Assembly: GCA_964373695.1 (NCBI GenBank)
Contig: CAYJVT010000002.1
Span: 1,020-65,019, forward strand
Length of the DNA: 64,000 bases
Origin: an uncultured archaeon
GTDB lineage: Archaea; Aenigmatarchaeota; Aenigmatarchaeia; GW2011-AR5
Reading direction: 5' to 3'
Shown here: one piece after another, positions 56,669 through 64,000 of the stretch
Numbering within the stretch: position 1 is the stretch's first letter
How the letters are laid out: the number at the start of each line of letters is the position of its first letter
The notes under the pieces: generated by a model
What the model was told of the DNA's origin: nothing
What the model saw: the letters and a program-made list of their open reading frames with translations, nothing else
Database searches by the model: none
Made by a program: the position numbers and the translations under genes

Positions 56669-56790
56669 AATTACTACTACAACTACTACTATTTAAATAC
56701 GTATGTAATGCCAAGAAATTACGAATTTTTTGCCGCGATTTTCGTGGAATCTTTAAATATCCTCCAGCATATTTTATAGAAAGTGATACA

Positions 56791-57870
56791 ATGGGCATAC
56801 TGAGTTCTAAGGATATTGGGACAGCGCCGGCTGACGAGGAACTGAGGAAGATTCTAGAAGCGAAAAAGGCTGAGATAAAGGTTTTCGGAGCGGGAGGCGG
56901 AGGCGGAAACACAATCTCAAGGCTGATGCAGATAGGAATAGTCGGGGCTGAGACGATAGCCATAAACACCGATGCGCAGGACCTCCTTTACACTGATGCG
57001 GACACAAAAATACTCATAGGAAAGGAAATAACTGGCGGCCTCGGGGCCGGGGCTGATCCGAAGATAGGCGAGGAATCCGCAAAGGAAAGCAAGAATGAGA
57101 TAAAGAAGTCCCTTGAGGGGGCGGACCTTGTTTTCATCACCTGTGGCCTCGGAGGCGGCACTGGAACAGGCTCATCCCCCGTGGTGGCGGACCTTTCAAA
57201 GAAACAGGGCTCGCTGACGGTAGGAATAGTCACACTGCCTTTCACTATGGAAGGCAAGCAAAGGATGAAAAACGCCAGGGAAGGTCTGGAGAAACTGGAG
57301 AAAAATGTCGATACGCTCATAGTCATACCGAACGACAAGCTTCTTGAAATCGTACCGGATGTATCGCTAAGCACGGCCTTCAAAGTCGCGGATGAAATAC
57401 TAGTGAATGCAGTAAAAGGTATAACAGAGCTTATCACAAGGCCCGGACTTGTTAACCTCGATTTCGCCGACATAAGGGCTGTGATGAGTGGTGGCGGCCT
57501 GGCAATGATAGGCATGGGCGACAGCGATTCCGAAAACAGGGCTGTGGAGGCTGTGGAAAGAGCCCTCAACAATCCGCTTCTTGACATAGAGATCGACGGT
57601 GCCAAAGGAGCCCTCATAAACGTTTCTGGCGGCTCCGACATAACAATAAGGGAATGCCAGAAGATAGTCGAGTCGGTTTCAGTTAGGCTCAGCCAAGATG
57701 CCAAAATAATATGGGGGGCCCAGATAGTGAAGGAACTCGGGGACTCGATAAGGACCATGCTTATAATAACCGGCGTCAACTCTCCCTCCAGGAACGTTGC
57801 CCAATCCCAGGTCAGGGAAAAAAGACGTGATGTCGAGAAGATGTTCGGCATAGACTTTATCGACAAGTAG
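56791..57870 (+). CDS. ftsZ: Cell-division GTPase FtsZ
   Basis: Tubulin signature [24 protein letters not shown]7 loop NVDFADI. Confidence 0.95.
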   Translation: MGILSSKDIGTAPADEELRKILEAKKAEIKVFGAGGGGGNTISRLMQIGIVGAETIAINTDAQDLLYTDADTKILIGKEITGGLGAGADPKIGEESAKESKNEIKKSLEGADLVFITCGLGGGTGTGSSPVVADLSKKQGSLTVGIVTLPFTMEGKQRMKNAREGLEKLEKNVDTLIVIPNDKLLEIVPDVSLSTAFKVADEILVNAVKGITELITRPGLVNLDFADIRAVMSGGGLAMIGMGDSDSENRAVEAVERALNNPLLDIEIDGAKGALINVSGGSDITIRECQKIVESVSVRLSQDAKIIWGAQIVKELGDSIRTMLIITGVNSPSRNVAQSQVREKRRDVEKMFGIDFIDK

Positions 57871-57970
57871 GCATTCCATAATTCCAGCCGATAAATACGG
57901 CATATTCCTCAGGTTTTAAGCCTTTGTATTATAAATTAATGTCTATAAACACTCTTTAGAGCGTGAACCT

Positions 57971-58135
57971 ATGAGAGAAATAATAGAGCGGATAAGAAGG
58001 ATACTGCTCATATCGAGCAAGCCCGACAAGACCGAGTACAGGCAATCGGCCAAGATAACTGGCCTCGGCTTCGTAGTCATAGGTATAATAGGGTTTTCAA
58101 TATTCCTCATATTCAGCCTGATAGGCGGATTATAA
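57971..58135 (+). CDS. secE: Protein translocase subunit SecE/Sec61-gamma (54 aa; below the ORF-track cutoff)
   Basis: Translation MREIIERIRRILLISSKPDKTEYRQSAKITGLGFVVIGIIGFSIFLIFSLIGGL with a single C-terminal TM helix. Conserved position directly upstream of spt5–rpl11. Confidence 0.75.
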   Translation: MREIIERIRRILLISSKPDKTEYRQSAKITGLGFVVIGIIGFSIFLIFSLIGGL

Positions 58136-58575
58136 TGATGCTGACTATAAGAACCACAACCGGGCGGGAGAATGTTGTGATAGATTCGCTGTCGACAAAG
58201 ATAAAGAACCACAACATTCCAATAAAATCCCTGATGCATCCTGAAGACCTGCGGGGATACATATTCGCCGAAGGCGCGCAGGAAGATGTGGAAAATCTCA
58301 TCAAGAATGTCCCTCATATAAGAGGGATAATAAACAAGGAAGTCAATGTAGAAGAAGTCGAAAGGTTCATGATAGCCGAGAAGAGCGAGGTCAAGTTTGA
58401 GGTTGAAGATATTGTGGAAATAGTCGGTTCACCGTTCAAAGGCGAGCTGGCAAAAATAACCAGGGTAGACGAGACAAAAAATGAGATAACTGTAGAGCTT
58501 TTGGAAGCCGCCATACCCATACCGGTGACCATATCGGTAAATTCTGTCAGAATGCACGAGAAGAAAAAGGTGTGA
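58135..58575 (+). CDS. spt5: Transcription elongation factor Spt5 (NusG homolog)
   Basis: NGN domain plus C-terminal KOW (EDIVEIVGSPFKGELAKITRVDE). Start overlaps the secE stop. Confidence 0.85.
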   Translation: MMLTIRTTTGRENVVIDSLSTKIKNHNIPIKSLMHPEDLRGYIFAEGAQEDVENLIKNVPHIRGIINKEVNVEEVERFMIAEKSEVKFEVEDIVEIVGSPFKGELAKITRVDETKNEITVELLEAAIPIPVTISVNSVRMHEKKKV

Positions 58576-59054
58576 TAATTATGCCAAAAGAAACTGTGGA
58601 TGTTCTGGTCGAAGGTGGAAAAGCCACGGCAGCACCGCCCATAGGGCCGACGCTTTCGCAGCTTAAACTTAACGTTTCGGACGTGGTCAAGCAGATAAAC
58701 GACAAGACGAAGGATTTCGGCGGCATGCAGGTTCCGGTCAAGATAGTGGTTGACACTGAAACAAAAAAATTCGAGATATCAATCGGGACGCCGCCCGTGA
58801 GCTCCATGCTTAGAAAAGAGCTCGGTGTCCAGAGGCTGGCAACCGTCAACGAAGACAAAACCCGGAAAATGGCCGGGGATATCAAGATAGACGCCATAGT
58901 AAAGATAGCAAAAAACAAGGACTCCATTTCAGGCGGCATGAAGGAAAAGGTAAAACAGATTCTGGGTACCTGCCTCAGCTGTGGCATTACTGTAGAAGGA
59001 CGCGACCCTCGTGAGGTCATAAAAGACATAAATGAAGGCAAGATAAGCGCCTAA
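58572..59054 (+). CDS. rpl11: Ribosomal protein uL11
   Basis: PPIGPTLSQLKLNV...GGM motifs. 160 aa. Confidence 0.92.
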   Translation: MIIMPKETVDVLVEGGKATAAPPIGPTLSQLKLNVSDVVKQINDKTKDFGGMQVPVKIVVDTETKKFEISIGTPPVSSMLRKELGVQRLATVNEDKTRKMAGDIKIDAIVKIAKNKDSISGGMKEKVKQILGTCLSCGITVEGRDPREVIKDINEGKISA

Positions 59055-59257
59055 ACCTTCACAAGCGTTCCTTCTTCAATCATTTTTTTGAGTCGCTCAA
59101 ATTCCTTTGTCCAATAACAGCCGCGATTACCATTTCTCTCCGATTCGGCCATTGCAAAAACATATCCCATGTTGCGGTAACATACTATACGACTATTTAC
59201 CCTCAGGGCATACCAAGAAGACGTTTTCTCATACAATTCGGGCATCAAACCCTTCAC
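59051..59257 (-). CDS. Hypothetical small protein
   Basis: 68-aa ORF convergent with rpl11 (4-nt overlap). Weak call. Confidence 0.35.
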   Translation of the reverse strand: MKGLMPELYEKTSSWYALRVNSRIVCYRNMGYVFAMAESERNGNRGCYWTKEFERLKKMIEEGTLVKV

Positions 59258-59344
59258 TACTTCTTCCTATAAGAATAAAAAACGCACAGTGCCATGAAAA
59301 TGCGCTTTAAAAGTTTGGCATGTTCATAACTTTATAGTGGTCAT

Positions 59345-59803
59345 ATGGATTTTCATGAGAAGCTCTTATTAGTCCTATATGCAGCAATAACGGTCTTCGT
59401 GGCCGTTGAATTCTTCGACCTATGGAACCTTGCAGTAGTGCTACTCGGCATAGTGGCGGCCATGGTAGTGCAGAAGATATCCTCCGACAAGAAGATAAGG
59501 AGCGTCGAAGGAAGTAGGGGAAGGTTGATAGACGTCATATCACAGAGAATAGACGTCTTTTCAGGCGGTATAGATTCGCTGAAAAGGGATTTTTCCAAGA
59601 ACATAGAGTTCCTTGACAACAAAATAAACGTAGTCAACGACATTTACCAAGGTGAGATGAAAAAGGGATATTCAGAGATTTCAGGCCGAATTTCCATTCT
59701 GGAGCAGAAACTGGAGAGGGTGAGGGAAGCGATTGACAGCTCCTACATGAGCCTTGATTCCAGGCTTGCCGAAGTTGAAAGAAGGCATGATGAAGGTGCT
59801 TAA
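59345..59803 (+). CDS. Hypothetical membrane-anchored coiled-coil protein
   Basis: Two N-terminal TM helices followed by a heptad-rich 100-aa tail. Confidence 0.55.
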   Translation: MDFHEKLLLVLYAAITVFVAVEFFDLWNLAVVLLGIVAAMVVQKISSDKKIRSVEGSRGRLIDVISQRIDVFSGGIDSLKRDFSKNIEFLDNKINVVNDIYQGEMKKGYSEISGRISILEQKLERVREAIDSSYMSLDSRLAEVERRHDEGA

Positions 59804-59844
59804 ATATTTTGCTCCAATACTGTTATGACCCACATTTACTATAG

Positions 59845-60495
59845 GTGGTTCTGCCTATAGGAGGGAGACTAATGGAAACCAGGTCATTCAGAAGTATCGA
59901 AGACTCGATAAAGCATATAAGAGAAAACAACCCGAAGAGGGATTTCGAGCAGACATTCGACCTGGTAGTCAATATAAGGAATATAGACCTCAAAAAGACC
60001 GAGAATAAATTCTCGAAGGATGTCGTACTCCCACACGGACGCGGGAAAGATGTTGAAGTTGGTATAATTTCCGATACGATACAGGAAGCCACCATCAGGA
60101 AGGACGATATAGAGAAACTTGCATCCGACAAGAGGGGCATGAAAAACGTGCTGAGAAAATATGAGTTTTTTGTGTGCGAGGCTCCTCTGATGCCCCTCGT
60201 AGGTAAGACCCTCGGGAAGTTTCTGGGACCGAAGGGGAAGATGCCCAAGCTCCTGCCTCCCGGGCCAAACTACAGAGACATCGTCGAGGAAACCAAGAAA
60301 TCCGTGAGGGTGAAATTAAGGGATTCCCCGACAATCCAGACGTGTGTAGGCTCGGAAAATATGAAGGACTCCGAAATAAAGGAAAACCTGGAAAGGGTAG
60401 TGGAAGAGGTAAAGAAATCCATACCGCCGAAATCCCAGATAAAGAATGTTTACCTGAAACTAACGATGGGGAAGCCGGTAAAATTAGAGGTATGA
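59845..60495 (+). CDS. rpl1: Ribosomal protein uL1
   Basis: QTFDLVVNIRNIDLKK...VLPHGRGKDVEVGII pattern, about 216 aa. Confidence 0.9.
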   Translation: MVLPIGGRLMETRSFRSIEDSIKHIRENNPKRDFEQTFDLVVNIRNIDLKKTENKFSKDVVLPHGRGKDVEVGIISDTIQEATIRKDDIEKLASDKRGMKNVLRKYEFFVCEAPLMPLVGKTLGKFLGPKGKMPKLLPPGPNYRDIVEETKKSVRVKLRDSPTIQTCVGSENMKDSEIKENLERVVEEVKKSIPPKSQIKNVYLKLTMGKPVKLEV

Positions 60496-61334
60496 TTATG
60501 AAAAAGGAAAATGAAGTGAAAGAGCTTGCAGACATCATGAACGGCCATTCTGTGATAGGCATACTGGATATGCACAAAATGCCCGCCAGGCAGCTGCAGA
60601 TGATACGCAACAAGCTGAAAGGAAAGGCTATCATAAGAATGAGCAAGAAGTCCCTTATCAGGCTTGCAATAGAAAATGTGCAGAAGAAAGACATCAAGCC
60701 CCTGCAAGGCATACTTGATACCTGCGGCTTTGAGCCGGCCATACTGGCCACCAATGAAAATCCTTTCAGAATATACAAATTCCTAAAGGACAACAGGAGC
60801 CCGGCTTCGGCCAAGGGAGGGGACAAAGCGACAAAGGACATAGTAATACAAAAAGGCGCCACCAGCCTGCCGCCCGGGCCTGCCATATCAACCCTTCAGA
60901 AAGTCGGCCTCAAGGCATCGGTACAGGGAGGCAAGATAGCGGTTCTCCAGGACAAGGTCGTATGCAAGGAAGGCGATATCATCAGCGACGATTTGGCGGG
61001 AGTTCTTTCACTACTCAAGATAGAACCCATGGAAATAGGCCTCAAGATTTCTCATGTTTACGAGGACGGGACGCTCTACGAGAAGTCAGTCCTCAACATA
61101 GACATGGACGACTACTTAAAAACCCTGCAGAACTGCATTCATGAGGCTATAAACCTTTCCGTCAACATTGGATATCCAACAAAGGAAACAATAAGAATCA
61201 TGATACAGAAGGCTTTCATCGAGAGCAAATCGCTATGCATCGAAGCGAACGCTCTGGAGAAGGATTTCATTGACGAAGTCCTGATGAAGGCAGTGAGGCA
61301 AGCGATGACACTTAATTCGACAATGGAGGTATGA
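60492..61334 (+). CDS. rplP0: Ribosomal stalk protein uL10 (P0)
   Basis: Start ATG overlapping the rpl1 stop. N-terminal L10 domain plus an archaeal P0 insertion. Confidence 0.9.
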   Translation: MIMKKENEVKELADIMNGHSVIGILDMHKMPARQLQMIRNKLKGKAIIRMSKKSLIRLAIENVQKKDIKPLQGILDTCGFEPAILATNENPFRIYKFLKDNRSPASAKGGDKATKDIVIQKGATSLPPGPAISTLQKVGLKASVQGGKIAVLQDKVVCKEGDIISDDLAGVLSLLKIEPMEIGLKISHVYEDGTLYEKSVLNIDMDDYLKTLQNCIHEAINLSVNIGYPTKETIRIMIQKAFIESKSLCIEANALEKDFIDEVLMKAVRQAMTLNSTMEV

Positions 61335-61337
61335 AAA

Positions 61338-61643
61338 ATGAATTACATATACGGAGCTCTGCTGCTCCACAGCGCTGGCAAACCAGTGAACGAGGAAAAC
61401 GTAAAGAAAGTGGTGACAGCGGCCGGGGGAAACGCTGACGAGGCGAAAGTGAAGGCTTTGGTGGCCGCCCTTGAGGGCGTCAACATAGAAGAAGTAATAA
61501 GCAAAGCCGCAATGCCTGTAGCCGCGCCAGTAGCAGCATCTGCATCACCTGCAAAGTCCGAGAAGAACGAGGAAAAGAACGAGGAAGAGCAGGAAAAGAA
61601 AGCAGAGAGCGCCGCAGAGGGACTTTCAGCGCTATTCGGATAA
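61338..61643 (+). CDS. rpl12: Ribosomal stalk protein P1 (aP1/L12e)
   Basis: [16 protein letters not shown]-terminus, Ala/Glu-rich hinge, conserved C-terminal EGLSALFG. Confidence 0.9.
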   Translation: MNYIYGALLLHSAGKPVNEENVKKVVTAAGGNADEAKVKALVAALEGVNIEEVISKAAMPVAAPVAASASPAKSEKNEEKNEEEQEKKAESAAEGLSALFG

Positions 61644-62010
61644 ATTTTATTTTGTTTTTACGGTGTTTCAGGCCGGGGTGTGTTTTTTATCCGTTCTTTG
61701 ATAGATTTTACTATGTTCAAAAAACTTCCTGAAAAATACATAAAAAGAAAATTTGCGGGCCCCCTGGAACTGGTGTCTTCCCGCGGCACAGTAGCCCGTG
61801 TCTCCAAGAATTCGCCCAGGCCGGGTGAGAAAGATGGCTCAACATACACGTAACCGCGTCCGACGAGAATAAAACGGTAAGCGGTCATCTAACAGAAGGG
61901 ACTATATTCACCATGGCAGAAGTTCCTTGGAGAGCTCAGCAAGCAGATAGAGAGATGTCATGATGAATATACAGGCCTGAAAGAGCTTGAATAATGAATC
62001 GGTGTTAAAG

Positions 62011-64000
62011 ATGAAAGATGCCCTTAGGAAAAAATTCTCCGACGACCATGAAAAATACTATAAAGTAAAACTCTTCTCCGACTTAGGTTTCGAAAGGAAG
62101 AAATGCAGATGCGGCTCGCATTTCTGGACGCTGAACACAGAACGCAATACATGCCCCTCTCACGATGACTATGACTTCATAGGAAATTCGCCGATGAAGA
62201 GAATGGATTATATAGAAACGTGGAAGTCCATAGAAAAATTCTTCGTTGAAAACGGCCATGCAAGCATTCCGTCGTATCCTGTCGTATGCAGATGGTTTCC
62301 TGGACTTTACTTTACCATAGCAAGCATAGTTGCATTCCAGAGATCCGTCGGCGGCAAGACGGTTTTTGAGCTGCCGCAGAATCCCCTCATAATACCACAG
62401 AACTGCCTCAGATTCAATGACATACCAAACGTGGGCGTCACTGGTAGGCACGGAACCAACTTTGTCATGATAGGCCAGCATTCGCTGCATAAAGGAAATG
62501 AAGGTTATTGGAAAGATAGATGCATAGAACTCGATTTCAAGCTCCTGACAGATGCATTGAGAATACCGGAAAAGGACGTGACATTTGTAGAGGACATCTG
62601 GCTTGGCCCTAACGCTTTCGGATACTCACTCGAATATTTCGTCCGCGGACTGGAGCTGGGAAATGCTGTATTCACGGAATTTCTCGGAACTCCAGAAAAA
62701 TACACACATATGGCGGATAAAATAGTTGACATGGGCGCCGGCCTGGAGAGGTTTGCATGGCTCTCGCAGGGGACGCCAACATGCTACGACGCCATTTTCG
62801 GTCCCGTGACAGAAAAACTCCTCTCGATGACCGACTATGATAGAGATTTCTACGTAAGATATTCAAAGGTCTCCGGCTCTCTCAACCTTGACGAAGTTCC
62901 GGACATAACAAAGGCGAAGAAGAAAATATCGGACGGGCTTGGGATGTCGGTCAAGGAACTCATTAGGAAAACGTCCCCCGTCGAAGCTGCATATGCAATA
63001 GCAGACCATGCAAAGACTCTCCTGCTTGCCATATCAGACGGCGCGCTTCCAAGCAACATCGGAGGGGGATATAACCTCAGGATACTTCTCAGAAGGGCAA
63101 CAGGCTTTATACAGGAATATGGATTTGACATTGACCTTGCAGACGTCTGCGAATGGCACGCGGATTACCTGAAAAATATAAACCCAAGACTGGCGAACTC
63201 CATTGACGACATAAGAAAAATACTTGACATTGAAAAACAAAGATTCATTTCTACGGAGAAAAAGAACATGGAATTCGCGGAAGCGCTCATCGAAAAAGGA
63301 AGTAAAATCGATACCATCAAGCTTGTGGAGCTTTACGAATCGCGCGGCATAACTCCGGAATTCATGGAAAGCGTCTCGAGGAAGAAGGGAATTGACATGT
63401 ATATGCCCCAGGACTTTTACGAGAAGATATCGTCAAAGCACATGAAGGAACCCAGGATACATGAGGCCGGCATAAATATAGACGGACTAGAGCCTACGGA
63501 GCTCCTGTTTTATAAGAATAGGGAAACCATATTCACGGCAAAGGTCACAAAGATAATAGAAAATAAATATGTAATCCTTGACAGGACTGCATTCTTCGGA
63601 AGGTCCGGCGGACAGGAGCCTGATCGTGGCTTCATAAACAAATGTAGAGTTTACGACGTCGAGAAAATAGGTAACGTCATAGTTCATCACGTCGAGAATC
63701 CGGATTTTGAAGTCGGTGATATGATAGAAGGTGAGATAGATAAGGAAAGGAGACAGCAGCTCACAATGAACCATACAGCTGTCCACATAATAAACGGCGC
63801 CGCTAGGAAAGTTCTAGGAAATCATGTATGGCAGGCCGGCGCCAGCAAGGGCGTCGATAAGGCGCACCTCGACATAACGCATTTCAATTCTCTGACACAG
63901 GAAGAAGCCGACAAAATAGAAAATATTGCCAATGACATCGTAAAAAAGTCTTTGAAAGTAGTCAAAACAAAGGTCCGCAGAGGCGATGCGGAAAAAATGT
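62011..64000 (+). CDS. alaS: Alanyl-tRNA synthetase (archaeal type), 3'-truncated by window end
   Basis: Open frame from ATG 62011 to the window edge (checked codon by codon). N-terminal zinc cluster KCRCGSHFW, class II core, and a partial editing-domain motif HTAVHIINGA; the ORF runs off the window before the full HxxxH. Absent from the ORF track because no stop falls in the window. Confidence 0.85.
   Translation, partial: MKDALRKKFSDDHEKYYKVKLFSDLGFERKKCRCGSHFWTLNTERNTCPSHDDYDFIGNSPMKRMDYIETWKSIEKFFVENGHASIPSYPVVCRWFPGLYFTIASIVAFQRSVGGKTVFELPQNPLIIPQNCLRFNDIPNVGVTGRHGTNFVMIGQHSLHKGNEGYWKDRCIELDFKLLTDALRIPEKDVTFVEDIWLGPNAFGYSLEYFVRGLELGNAVFTEFLGTPEKYTHMADKIVDMGAGLERFAWLSQGTPTCYDAIFGPVTEKLLSMTDYDRDFYVRYSKVSGSLNLDEVPDITKAKKKISDGLGMSVKELIRKTSPVEAAYAIADHAKTLLLAISDGALPSNIGGGYNLRILLRRATGFIQEYGFDIDLADVCEWHADYLKNINPRLANSIDDIRKILDIEKQRFISTEKKNMEFAEALIEKGSKIDTIKLVELYESRGITPEFMESVSRKKGIDMYMPQDFYEKISSKHMKEPRIHEAGINIDGLEPTELLFYKNRETIFTAKVTKIIENKYVILDRTAFFGRSGGQEPDRGFINKCRVYDVEKIGNVIVHHVENPDFEVGDMIEGEIDKERRQQLTMNHTAVHIINGAARKVLGNHVWQAGASKGVDKAHLDITHFNSLTQEEADKIENIANDIVKKSLKVVKTKVRRGDAEKM

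Noticed and set aside
57943-58317. 124-aa minus ORF
   Set aside because: Antisense to secE and spt5, which occupy this interval in the conserved secE–spt5–rpl11 order.
1-64000. CRISPR arrays, rRNA genes, IS transposases
   Set aside because: Searched for regularly spaced direct repeats, rRNA-like conserved stretches and DDE/HTH transposase ORFs; none seen. The only tandem repeats are the 3x10-bp unit at 4971–5000 and the 2x12-bp unit at ~18445–18475.

Overview
Archaeal chromosomal segment (about 47% GC overall, AT-rich intergenic regions).

Features that point to Archaea: a thermosome, TopoVI A and B subunits (each carrying a LAGLIDADG intein), aIF1A, EndoQ, tRNA-splicing endonuclease EndA, Spt5, the secE–spt5–rpl11–rpl1–P0–P1 cluster, FtsZ and MinD, and an archaeal type-IV pilus locus with class-III signal-peptide pilins.

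Housekeeping content: AMP phosphorylase, archaeal iPGM, a TtuA/TtuB-like tRNA-thiolation pair, Pelota, GlyRS, PheRS alpha and beta, LeuRS, a 3'-truncated AlaRS, an FKBP and a CBS-domain protein.

The most striking feature is the tRNA complement. I could reconstruct nine tRNA genes and every one is interrupted by at least one intron. Many introns sit at non-canonical positions (D-loop, variable loop, T-loop, acceptor/D junction), and precursors reach 130–224 nt. A related ~45-nt double-hairpin recurs in one intron and directly 3' of tRNA-Gly, inside a duplicated tRNA 3' end. EndA lies beside the tRNA-Asn/tRNA-Phe pair.

Accessory content:
- a RHH/RelE-like toxin–antitoxin cassette inserted at a tRNA 3' end, with an 18-bp direct repeat;
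- a ~100-bp palindromic element present three times, two copies abutting tRNA genes;
- a 1694-aa membrane protein with three PKD-like repeats and a lytic-transglycosylase-like (SLT/GH23) domain;
- a 60–70% GC island (about 17.2–19.5 kb) with a repeat-containing membrane protein;
- four tandem paralogous lipobox proteins, two with CARDB-like domains;
- an ATP-cone/PD-(D/E)xK nuclease fusion.

The lineage guess (DPANN/Micrarchaeota-like, or another intron-rich archaeon) is inference only. tRNA isotypes marked tentative were folded by eye.
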